Made by a program: the position numbers and the translations under genes
Shown here: positions 26,776-36,606 of the stretch, piece by piece
How positions within the stretch are numbered: position 1 is the stretch's first letter
How the letters are laid out: every line of letters starts with the position of its first letter
Notes under the pieces: model-generated
What the model was told of the DNA's origin: nothing
The model's input: only the letters and a program-made list of their open reading frames with translations
The model's database searches: none
Assembly: GCA_000934665.2 (NCBI GenBank)
Contig: KZ538470.1
Location: forward strand, 1-64,000
DNA from: Catajapyx aquilonaris
Taxonomy: Eukaryota
Length of the DNA stretch: 64,000 nt
Reading direction: 5' to 3'

Positions 26776-26983
26776 CAACAACAACAACATCACTACATTT
26801 CCCTATAAGGGGTAGTCAGCGATGACGGGAGCCACAAGCTAACCCAAAATATGAACTAAATCAAAACTTGTAAAAATAAACCTATAAACAACCCGTCCCG
26901 CCCCCACCCCTGCCCATCTCAGACGACAAGCACTCAATTTTAAATTTTAAATCTAAATATTACACGACTATGCAACGCGAATG
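26776..26983 (-). mobile_element. 5'-truncated non-LTR retro-insertion with (TTG)n tail
   Basis: 12-bp direct repeat ACGCTAGGACAA at 26764-26775 and 26984-26995, with a (CAA)n run abutting the left copy. Confidence 0.75.
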
Positions 26984-27470
26984 ACGCTAGGACAATCCCT
27001 ATACTTTTTTCTCTCCACTCATTGCTTCACTTTACATGCAATGCAATGTGGCAATTCTCACATTGAATGGTGCATTGCTGGCAGCAGTGATGGAATCGTA
27101 TTCTATCCCAACAATTCAGGTTATTTCAGCCCATTATATCGAGTCGCATAAATTTTTCGAAGGCCTTTCTCTTTTTTCATCTTGGAAAGTATGGGTCGCA
27201 AGTTGCAGTATTTTGTAACACCTGGCAACACAGGGTGATCTAAAATACTTCTCCTATTGCTGTGGCTGTTGTTGGCACTGATCTACATAATTTAAGCAGT
27301 TACTTTAATGGTTATCAAAAGTATTAGTGGATTGTAGGACAGCATTGTTTCCCTTGCTGCCATTCGCCACGTAAATATTGTGGGGTGGATTTCCACAACC
27401 TTTCATGCAACAGCCACACACTGTATTTATTTTTCAAAGCTGTAGAAGCATTTATAATTCGAGAAGAAGT

Positions 27471-27744
27471 GGGGGAGGCACGGTGGCCGAGATGGTAACG
27501 TCTCGGCTTGCTATGCGAAAGGTCCCGGGTTCAAATCCCCACCCGGGAGCAAACCTTTCGCTTGCGTCATTGGGTCGTGACCCGCGCCTAAGGAGGCGTC
27601 TTGGCAACCTGACCTCCTGGGGGACTGCACCTGGCCCACCGTTGGACAATGCACCTGCACTTGTGTCCCCTCCCCAAATCCCCTCCCTTACCCAATTTCG
27701 TAGTATTCCTTGCACCGGAGATCGAAGAAAAAAAACAAAAAAAA
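27471..27744 (+). mobile_element. tRNA-derived SINE (family A-related) with A-rich tail
   Basis: Head GGGAGGCACGGTGGCCGAGATGGTAA (A box) ... GGGTTCAAATCCC (B box), resembling tRNA-Ala. The body is similar to the SINE at 1711-2105. A-rich tail at 27725-27744. Confidence 0.88.
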
Positions 27745-28113
27745 CATTAGAAAAACTGAATGGTGGTAGACCACCCCCCTCCCCCTATAACGACCAAGAG
27801 ATTGTATCACAGGGTAGAATTTTTTTTTAAATCGAGAAAATAGTTACTCAATCGCGCCAGTTTTGAAATTGCCAAATTCCCCAAAATTCAACTTGTAATT
27901 GGGGCTGATGCAATCACTGAAATGTGATGTACGTGCATTCTCCCACTAGATTAGACTTTCATGAAGTGGTTCAGGTTGCTTATTCTGTGATTTATATGCA
28001 CAACTTTAAAAAAAAAAAATCCCGACCGTCCTATGCTGTATATAGGACACTGGGAACAAATGGGTTAATCCTTTTCTACCGAACCAGCAAGTTGTAACTA
28101 CGAGTACGTATAT

Positions 28114-29337
28114 ATCTGAACGATCACTGGATTAGGAACACCTGGCACGTGACATCTTATGAGCGATGACGCGTTACCACGTGGTGGCCAGGTCACGAAA
28201 TGTTTCCGGAAACACATGTTGACCTCTCCTCTACACAGCAGAAGGAAGTTTTTGCCAGTTGTGGGTAAACCGAGCAACTTGAGAGACTTTGACCGCTGAT
28301 AGAGATTTGGCGCCAGGAGGTGTGGTGTCAGTATTTTGGAAAGATCTGTACTTGTTGGCTGTTCCCGTACCATGGCGTCAAGTGTGTACCAAGAGTGGTT
28401 GAACCATGAAAAAATATCCAGCAAAAGCTCACATATTAGCCGGTCACATGTGGTTGAACCCAGAGGTGAGTGTTAAGTGTCACGACTGGTATCTCAGCAA
28501 CGACGTACAACAATGGAACATCTGATACATCAGTACATCAGTGGGCAAGTACCACAAATTTTGACAATGATTGTGCAACTTTCCTTGCTTCGACTGGGGT
28601 TCCATAGCCGTAGACCCTAACGGGTGCCCATGACGGCCCCACGTCATCGCAAACAACTCCTCGTATGGGCCAAGAAAAGGCGTCAATGGACCTGGGGCAC
28701 TTGGAAGAAGGTTGTCTGGAGTGACGAGTCCCATTTCCTGCTGAACCATGAGGATGGCATGGTCCGCATTCCGCGTAAAGAGCATGAAGCTGCATCGCCT
28801 GGTTGCAACATTGGGGTTCAACAGGCCCCTGGTGGTGGTGGTATGGTCTTGTGAGCGTTCTCTTGGCATGCCCTACGACCATAGGACATCATATCACAAT
28901 CTTCGAATGGTGACCGCTACAGGAATCTGTTAGCTGACCTTCTGCACCCATATCTTCAGGTCTTTCCTGACAACATTGTCATGTTTCAACAGGATAAAGC
29001 ACCTTGTCTTCGAGCTCTGATCACTACTAAATGGTTAGAGGGACACGACAATGAATTCTCCACACAGTCTTGACCCCCCAAACTCATCAGAATTTAACTC
29101 CATGGAACATGTTTGGAAAATGCTTCGTATAATACAGGCTGTGAGACCCCCTCCCACTCCTCCCCAAAATGTGTCCAAACTGAAGGAAAGGCTGCAGTGA
29201 CCATGGCTCAAGATGGTCATAGAGGATGTTTGCCACCATGTGGAATCTGTTCCACGACATCTAGAGGCCATGATTGCCCAAAAAAGTGGACCAACCCGTT
29301 TTTAGATAAGTGTTCCAAATCCAGTGATCGTTCAGTG
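28114..29337 (+). mobile_element. Full-length but decayed Tc1-type transposon (DD36E spacing)
   Basis: TIRs CTGAACGATCACTGGATT(A/T)GGAACAC at both ends, right end ...TTCAGTG|TA, length about 1.22 kb, with transposase remnants inside. Confidence 0.92.
28261..29305 (+). pseudogene. Tc1-family transposase pseudogene
   Basis: Across frames: (M)GKPSNLRDFDR**..GARRCGVSI..LVGCSR (HTH region), WKKVVWSDES (first D), GGGGMV, FQQDKAPC (second D), PPNSSEFNSMEHVW (SPDLNPIE-like E motif), ending GPTRF*. Contains several stops and frameshifts. Confidence 0.92.
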
Positions 29338-30144
29338 TAAATGAGAAAGCTTTACAACAATACTTGAAAATATTGCTGTATTGGCTTTTTTTTGTGCAAA
29401 ATAACAGTATGACTCACTATTATCCTTGTGAGGAGTTCCCTCCATTTATTTGGATTCGAAAAATAGCCTCCATTTGCGAAGCATTTCCATCAGTATGATC
29501 ATTAAGGAGTGCAAACAACCATAACTATTGTTTTTTGTCATTTCGTGTTAGAACTGGCTCTTCATCAAAGACCTCCTACAAAATGGGATAGTTGGTGGGG
29601 AGGATTACCCCAATCTGACCTCCTCTCCCCATTAAATCATATTAAAGCTCGCCCAATGATGTGATATCATTATAGTCGTTCCCCAAAAGGAACTACTTTC
29701 AATCGGCTCCATTCACACTGAAAGATGGCATCAATTCCCCGTGTGTGTCCCAACATAAATGTCCCTCACCCACCCCCCCCCCCCCAAAGGTCGAGTGGAT
29801 CCCACCCCCAGCGGGTGAAAGAGACTCCCATGGACACACACACGCACTCGTGGTAGCGGTCAAGCATTGTACGTGTCCGACATGGCGTGATCAACATTAT
29901 CCAACACATGCTACACATCACGTGACCACTCCCTAGTAACCAACTAAACCCTTTTGTATGCTTAAAAACAATACAGTGGTTCGATAGCGCAAAGGTCGGA
30001 CTTGGGCAACACACCGGGTGCTGGGGATTGATTTTACTGGTTACTTCACATATAAACGGTTGATGCAGATACTGGTCACTTGTGGATGATTAGGTCGCAT
30101 CCTTTCCTGGCCCAGTCCCTTGGGGTATGTTCTGCATCTTCAGA

Positions 30145-30168
30145 TCTTACCTGTAAAGAGAAAATAAT
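30145..30168 (-). other. Candidate recursive splice site (3' acceptor fused to 5' donor)
   Basis: The minus strand reads ...CATTATTTTCTCTTTACAG|GTAAGA, with the junction between 30151 and 30150. Motif evidence only. Confidence 0.35.
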
Positions 30169-30775
30169 GCAGGTTGAAAAAACACAGTTTTCTCTCTCTC
30201 CAAGTAGCCAATAACAAGATAAGTCGGGGGGTAATGGTGAGTGACGGCCACCAGGAGCGCCCTCTGATTGGCCGGCTAATGTAGACACATGGGTCGTTAG
30301 GGATACGGAGTAATACAGACCGATCGATACTATACACACAATCAGGCTCTTTCTTCCAGTTTCTCCTCTTCTTTTTGCACAAAATATCTGCTACAAAGTA
30401 ATTGAAGATTTCAAATCCTCTTATCCGAAAGCAGCTTAAAACAGCTTTTGAGCTTTTTGCAACGCGTAAATTTTTTCGACTTGGTGACCAAATTAAACAT
30501 TGGCTTTGCACAAGTTGGTCAACTCTTCTTGGAAGACGCTGATAAGTACAGTATACTTTCAGTTCAAGCATGATGGCATTGGGAGGGGTTAACAACTTCC
30601 TAATTCTGTTGTACACACTGGAGAAACATCCCTATTTAAATACTTAATCCGGTTTAAACTCACTCGGCTTCAATCAACACCATTCTTCGTCCAGAACTTG
30701 CATTCAGAGGTAAACAACTGATTAAATGCGGAGTATAATTATTGCAGAAAGAACTGCATTAAATCGCTGAAATCC

Positions 30776-30888
30776 GGATCGAAACTCCACACACGAGAAT
30801 GTCCTCTTGCCGATCCAGGGATGGAACGAAGGACTTCGATCAGAGATGGAAGTCTGTAGTCTTAAAACCACTACGCCACGTGCCGCCC
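30776..30888 (-). mobile_element. Truncated tRNA-derived SINE head related to the V-domain-like SINE at 42694
   Basis: Minus strand GGGCGGCACGTGGCGTAGTGG (A box), GACTTCCATCTCT, GTTCCATCCC (B box-like), then GTGTGGAGTTTCGAT, paralleling the 42694 copy. Confidence 0.65.
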
Positions 30889-31385
30889 AGTAAAGCATAC
30901 TAAAATCCTCTTAAATCAGGGTAACACTCACTGTATCATCGTTAAATTCCATTACTTTAAATCCGGTTGCTATACCAGAAAGAAGATTAACTTTAACACC
31001 GCAACAGAGGCAACAGAGGTAGAATATTTTCCATTTCATGTCCTTTGTTTCGCTGAAAATCCACTCCTGATGGCAGTTTCCATATAATATTATACAGAGA
31101 TCACTGCCTGTACATCATCCCATTGACTACGTCACAAAAGTAGGTAAGTACACATGCGACGAGTACAGTGTATGGCTTGCAGTACTCTGTGCGGTCGATT
31201 ATTATCCAGCTGCGGAATAATCTGTACGCAGCCAAGCAGATAGAAAAGCCATAAATTAAAAACACTACACATCAAAGGTGTGGTAGATCGCAAAAAAGAA
31301 ACCAGTTTGTCAGTAAATTTCTAGAAGAAATATGATTATTATAATTAGCAGCACTAAAGGAGGATTCACACTATACCTGTACATA

Positions 31386-31530
31386 CGCTGCAGACTGGTC
31401 TTTCATTTGAAATGGCCCCATTCACCAATCAGCGCGTTCCCTTCTTTGTTGACAACTCCACACCACCGTCAACAAAGTGTGCCACGGTGATTGGAGCATG
31501 GGGCTATGTATTGAACGACCGTCCCCAGCG
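31386..31530. mobile_element. Old palindromic TA-flanked MITE
   Basis: TA|CGCTG...CAGCG|TA. The arms pair imperfectly throughout (CCCCAT..CCAATCA, CTTTGTTGAC/GTCAACAAAG). Confidence 0.65.
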
Positions 31531-31608
31531 TATTTTATTGTGTGAACCCAATTGAACGTGGGACGGCTAAGAAATGTGTGCAACCCTACACACAGTAAGT
31601 CAAACATA

Positions 31609-32530
31609 CGAGGGGTGTTATATAAGTTCGTGGTTTCAAGTAGACATACGCGAGACATGACAAAGAAACAATTTTATTTCTCAACATAGTACCCACACCG
31701 GTCAATACACTTTGTCCATCTTCGTGGCAACTTCTCCAAACCGCTCTGGTAGAAGGAAGAATCTCACCCCCCCAAGACGTCCTCCACAGCTGCCTTGACC
31801 TCTTCGTCACTCCCATGGAGTCGACCCCGCAGGTGTTTCTTCATGTTCGGGAACAGGTAGAGGTACCCAGGTTTCATCCTGTGTGACCAGACGAGCGTAA
31901 AATCCTTCTGCATCAGCATTCAGCGGGTCCAAATTTAATATTGTGAAATCTCCCGACGCGCCGCTTCTGTTCTGGCGACAACATTCGGGGTACCCATCAT
32001 GTTGACACCGTCCACAGGCGCAGGTGGTCATGTAGTATGGTGTGGATGGAAAATGTTGAGATGCCCACCACCTCAGCAAGGTACCTGATAGTCAGTCTTC
32101 GGTCTCCCATCACTAGTTCCTCCACTTTGGCCACATTTTTTTCAGTGGTGGCACACACGGGTCTTCCGGAGCGGGGGTCGTCTTCAAGGCTGTCTCGGCC
32201 GTGTTTGGAGAGGGCAATCCACTTCTGGATCATGCTGTAGGATGGTGCATCGCCAGCCAATGTATCCTTCATGTCCTCAAAGATGTCCTTGGCACCCATT
32301 CCCTTTGCCACCAGGTACTGGATGACCGCGCGATGTGCGATGTTCGCCATCTTCACAAAATGCTGCGTACCCTTTCACATCCGAATTATTTCTGAACCCA
32401 AAGACTTTGACACCTATGTCAATTGGGTGGATATAGGGGTTTGAAGGGTGGCTCGATTTAATGGCGATGTTTAGCTTCCGCATTTGCTTCTCCTTCTAGG
32501 CGAAACCACGAACTTATATAACACCCCTCG
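31609..32530 (-). mobile_element. Internally deleted mariner element
   Basis: Perfect 29-bp TIR CGAGGGGTGTTATATAAGTTCGTGGTTTC, TA on both sides, 922 bp long. Confidence 0.96.
31674..32350 (-). pseudogene. Mariner transposase pseudogene (irritans-like)
   Basis: MANIAHRAVIQYL...SLEDDPRSGRP...IHTILHDHL, a stop, WVPRML, a frameshift, LVTQDETWV, then deletion of most of the catalytic core, and C-terminal FYQSGLEKLPRRWTKCIDRCGYYVEK*. Confidence 0.95.
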
Positions 32531-32626
32531 TAATCACACCGGCCATGTTCCAATTATTGAAGACATGAATTGCAGAACAAATACACAGTCGTGCCATTAG
32601 TTCTGTCCCATACTAAAAGGTGGATA

Positions 32627-32975
32627 TCTTCCTGAAGGCCAATCTTCAGTGCGGCGATGGAACTCCAGTCAATTCGACGGCTGCAGCCAACACTGTGTGG
32701 TCTTGTCTTCGTGTGCTGGTGCTGAGTCCTGCTGGAAGACCTAATCCCATGCCATCCAGCATGTAGTTGTAGGGCATGGTTGAGTGGCTTCACTACCCTA
32801 GCTCTAAGATGTCACCTTGGTAATTCACTGTTGCAGTTTTTACTCTTTTTACTCTTTTTACTCTTTTTACTCTTTTTTTTTTTTGCAAAAATGTAGTTCT
32901 GTCGCGATGTCGTGGGACACTCCCCGACAAATCATCACTGATGGTGTAAGATGACCTCTCTACACCTTGTACCCC
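32627..32975 (-). pseudogene. maT transposase, central/C-terminal fragment
   Basis: KV*RGHLTPSVMICRGVS..TELHFCKK..VKTATVNYQGDILE..VKPLNH..VFQQDSAPAH..EDWPSG matches Bmmar1-type motifs (VQRGH, HFCEKGVKT, FQQDSAPAH, EDWPS). The third catalytic D region is lost. Confidence 0.88.
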
Positions 32976-33015
32976 AGTCAATCTAGACTGAAAAACAGCT
33001 AAAGGTAGAAATTTG

Positions 33016-33717
33016 AGATAGAAAGCTAATTTTTTGGTACAGTTGTCCTTCATGATGTTCTCAAACAGTGTGTAAAAGTCCCGGAGTGTCCGACGCTTGC
33101 TTCGTCCGGGACAACGCAAAAAGTACCTATGTGACACTAGTGCAGGAAAGATACGATAAAATGCCCCATAACCCCCAAATAAACTGCAATGGAAATGAAC
33201 TTTTCACCATTTGTTCAGAAAAATGTGGAGAATAACATATCCAAAGTTCACAGCGATTGGTGGGGGGGAACCCGCCGCCATCTTGGAAAATGGCGGCGAA
33301 AAGGGGTGTTTTTGTTTTAGATTTATCTCGTAAATGACTGCATGTATGTGCATTTATGTAGAATACAAAATGAAAGATAACACTAGTTCGCACATAACCA
33401 CTCTACGGGGATATTATGCACATATGCTGTTTCTACTCAAGTAATTATGCGAATAATAGTCATCATTACTTACTCTAATAATAGAGACGAGCTATCATTG
33501 AGAAATGGTTGGTAATGACTAATGATAATAGCTATTATAGCTATTATTAATAAAAACACCTAATCCTAATGTATGATATTTCAGATAGAAAGCTAATTTT
33601 TAGTACAATTGTCCTTCATTATGTTCTCAAACAGTGTGTAAAAGTCCCAGAGTGTCCGACGATTGCTTCGTCCGGGACAACGCATAAAGTACCTATGAGA
33701 CGGCTACTTAGTACTAG
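33016..33717 (+). mobile_element. Possible Helitron-like non-autonomous repeat with a duplicated 120-bp end
   Basis: Direct repeats at 33016-33135 and 33583-33701, each followed shortly by CTAG. The second has an imperfect AAGTACC..GGCTACTT hairpin before CTAG. Internal palindrome CGCCGCCAT-N8-ATGGCGGCG at 33273-33298. The repeat is certain, the class is tentative. Confidence 0.4.
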
Positions 33718-34074
33718 ACAGTTTCATATAGCATAACCTTCCATCAGACCGTCGCATAGACGTCCGCGGAGGCTCGAATGTGTGGAAAGGAATACTATAC
33801 ACACGTAAACTATCATAATGCAATTTGATGGCAGTAGTCGCAGGCTCGCAGCACACTGGCAGTAATTTGCGGAGAAAATGTTACGAAATTGATACCCGAT
33901 GGCTTTACAACGGAACATTGGTCGCCTTTGAGCATATACTATGCCTCGGACAGCTCGGTATGTTGTTCTGCGTTGATGATTTCTGAGCTAAACGATGCAT
34001 GTCGATGCTTAATGCAACGAAAATTAAGTGACACACAGAGTGAAGATTGAACTCGCCCAGCGTCCTGGACTATA

Positions 34075-34602
34075 CAGGGTGTTTACGACCTAACTTTACA
34101 AACTTGTAGGGTTAATAGAGGTGACCAAGACAAACATATTTCGCATAGGAACCCGTGTCCGGAAACGCCATCTAGAGGGGGTTCATAGACAAGGAATGGG
34201 TGTGCTCAGACGCATCACGCGGGAGGCGCTAACGAGCGGACCGTTTAGTTGCTAGGTGGCGCGCGGATTGTACACAACTCAGCAATTCGCCATAACCTGG
34301 CAACAACAGAGTTGCTGTTTATTATCTGCGCGCTACCTGGCATGCTGACTTTAGTTGTTAGGTGGTTCTGTTGTTGCCAGGTTATTGCGAATTGCGAAGT
34401 TGTGTACAATCCGCGCGCCACCTAGCAACTAAACGCTCCGACCGCTAATGCCCCCCGCCTGATGTGTCTGAGCGCACCCGTTCCTCGTCTATGAACCCCC
34501 TCTAGATGGCGTTTCCGGACACGGGTTCCTATGTGAAATATGTTTGTCTTGGTCCCCTCTATTACCCCTAGAAGTTTGTAAAGTTAGGTCGTAAACACCC
34601 TG
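34075..34602. mobile_element. Long-TIR TA-flanked MITE (CAGGGTG termini) nested in the maT element
   Basis: About 236-bp arms (34075-34310 versus 34367-34602), TA|CAGGGTGTTTACGACC...GGTCGTAAACACCCTG|TA. Confidence 0.95.
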
Positions 34603-34839
34603 TATACCCTGAGACGTACAAAGGTATAGGTAAGAAAAGTACCCATGGACGGATTTAGACGAACTGATATAATTTCAATGAAAATGTAACTATTTCACAC
34701 GTTTCTGAGGCAATAGACGCAAGAGACTCAGGATTTCTGCTTGTAGTGGAGGTGACGGGTTATGGATGACAGTGCTTGGACCATTCATCGGCCTGCAAAA
34801 AATACAGACAGGTTTCATCATATTGAACTGTAGAGTATA

Positions 34840-35297
34840 GGTCGTCCCCAAACAGAAATTTGCCATGTCCCCAGTTTGCGTGCTGCTCCAACAACCATTT
34901 CGATCCCATTGCTCCGATGTTCCGTAAAGCTGCTGGAAGTCGATGTCGTGTGCTTCCACTGAAAGCCTCAAACCCGAGGTCTTCTTTGATGATGCGAGAC
35001 ATGGTTCTTGTTAGAATGTTCATCTCTGTTTCCACGATCTTCTGCTTGAGGAGAGGATTTCGGCGAATTCTCTCGGCAACCGATTCAGTGGCTGCTGGAG
35101 TTCTTCTTACACGTGGACGACCAGCTCTTGGTCTGTCATGAACATAGGACGGTTGGCCGTCTCTCATGACGGTACGATGAAAAAAATATCTTGGATATTT
35201 GCAGAAGTTTCAGGAGATTGAAAAACTCACTTGGTGATTTTCTGCACTTGTGCAGTGCAATTAGTGCGACACGGTTCTGTCTGATGGCCCACTGCAA
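34840..35297 (-). pseudogene. maT transposase, N-terminal fragment
   Basis: (M)QWAIRQNRVALIALHKC..., DRPRAGRPRVRRTPAA..RIRRNP..KQK..MSRIIKEDLG..TRHRL..KFLFGD, matching the Bmmar1-type N-terminus up to the first catalytic D. Confidence 0.9.
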
Positions 35298-35557
35298 GTA
35301 ATGTTGAATGTTAGGCTGCCTGACATGATTTGACTTGTAAACAACACCGAAAGACCTGCTTGCGCCATGCCCGAAAAGAAAAGAGTGAGAAGTTCCAGGA
35401 ATCTATGTGGTTACAACCCTATTGCTTTGTGGGCCGGACAGAATTTATGGCACGACTATGTAGAATCACATTTCGGTCGATTTTGAGTTAAGGATTGTGT
35501 AATGTAACCCATTACACTTACTGTCTAGTGGTCAAGCCAGCTTTCTGATGGAGAAAT

Positions 35558-35630
35558 CAGAGGTCTCAAACTCTATTTGGTACAGGGCCACATCATCAGC
35601 TTTCGTGAACTTTAATGCGGGCCGCACTTA
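35558..35630 (+). mobile_element. hAT (Charlie-like) terminal fragment
   Basis: CAGAGGTCTCAAACTC...AGGGCCACAT...GCGGGCCGCAC. No matching right end seen. Confidence 0.5.
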
Positions 35631-35798
35631 CCAGCAGTGCATTACTCGTACCGGTACTGAAAACTAATCGTTTAACTTTAGAGATATGTCTTAAAATAAA
35701 TTATCCCATTAGGGCCACTGTAATATTCAAACCCCTATACCTTGAAATGAGTCAAATATGAATCTGATTCGTTCTGCACTTCAGGTGGTAAATTGTTA

Positions 35799-36590
35799 CC
35801 GTCAAACGGGGGGAAATTGTGCCACTTTTGGAGATTTTCCTTGCAAGCAAACCAGAGTAATTGATATATCGGAACTAATATTTTATGCAACATTGCTTCA
35901 AATCTCACCTTTCAGATGATACGTGAAAATAATTTTTATATGCTAAGGGAGGGGAGATATTAATTCTTTTCCTAGCCACAATTTCACCCCGTCGAAGAAA
36001 ACATTTTTTGAAACATGGTGCAATTAGTTTAAAAAGTGTAGGTGACGAGGCAAGATTGTGGCACTGTTTTTCCCAGTTTTCCCCCATTATTTCCATGATT
36101 TTAGTGTGTGTCAGTGATGGGAAAGGTTGACGTGAAGAAGATCGGTCGGAAGGTTCAGCAGAAATCATGGCTAACATGCTGCGATGAAAAAAAGAGCAGA
36201 TAATTGCATGTGAGCGAAGCGATCAGACGATGAGTACTGCAGCTAGCGCCACGGCGACGAAAGAGAACATCGAACCTGATCGAATTGGAGCGTCAACTGG
36301 ACAATAAAATCGGATGGCCTACGTCCGCTAAAATCAAACTGGGTGGAGGAAGGGAAAAAGTAATATAAATGCATTTTTTCATCATTTTGAACCAGTGACT
36401 AACAGATCACGCGTGTCATTATTTTTTAAATGTGTTTATCAAGATGATGAGAGTTCAAGGGTGTCCTTAAAGTGCCTTATATCATTTGATTCATAACTAG
36501 GCATTTTTATTGACGACTCGCCTCATGACGGGAAAGAAACAGCATTAGTTCTACACGACCCATTTAAAGCAGTCCATCCCTAATTACCTT
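35799..36590. mobile_element. TA-CCGT-type (pogo-like) non-autonomous element, copy A (one end only)
   Basis: TA|CCGTCAAACGGGGGGAAATTGTGCCA. The first ~100 bp match 36607 onwards directly, while about 36000-36585 matches about 36832-37410 in inverted orientation. Confidence 0.75.
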
Positions 36591-36606
36591 CAGTCTTACA
36601 GTAATA

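Larger units (their letters stand above)
26620..28064. mobile_element. Non-autonomous piggyBac-like element carrying two nested retro-insertions
   Basis: TTAA|CCCATTTGTTCC...GGAACAAATGGG|TTAA. Related GTCCTAT..ATAG(A/G)AC subterminal palindromes lie at about 26750 and 28028. No transposase ORF. Confidence 0.8.
32584..35460 (-). mobile_element. maT (DD37D, Bmmar1-like) transposon disrupted by about 1.9 kb of insertions
   Basis: TIR pair TA|CACAGTCGTGCCATTAGTTCTGTCC and GGACAGAATTTATGGCACGACTATG|TA. N- and C-terminal transposase fragments are colinear on the minus strand. Confidence 0.88.

Noticed and set aside
27471..27550. tRNA-Ala-like gene (and similar heads at about 2030-2104, 42700-42780 and 52480-52557)
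   Set aside because: No clean cloverleaf or acceptor stem. Each continues into a SINE body and tail, and two have TSDs.
33014..33702. TRIM/LTR interpretation of the 120-bp direct repeats
   Set aside because: Only the first copy has TG...CA ends, and there is no primer-binding site, polypurine tract or TSD.
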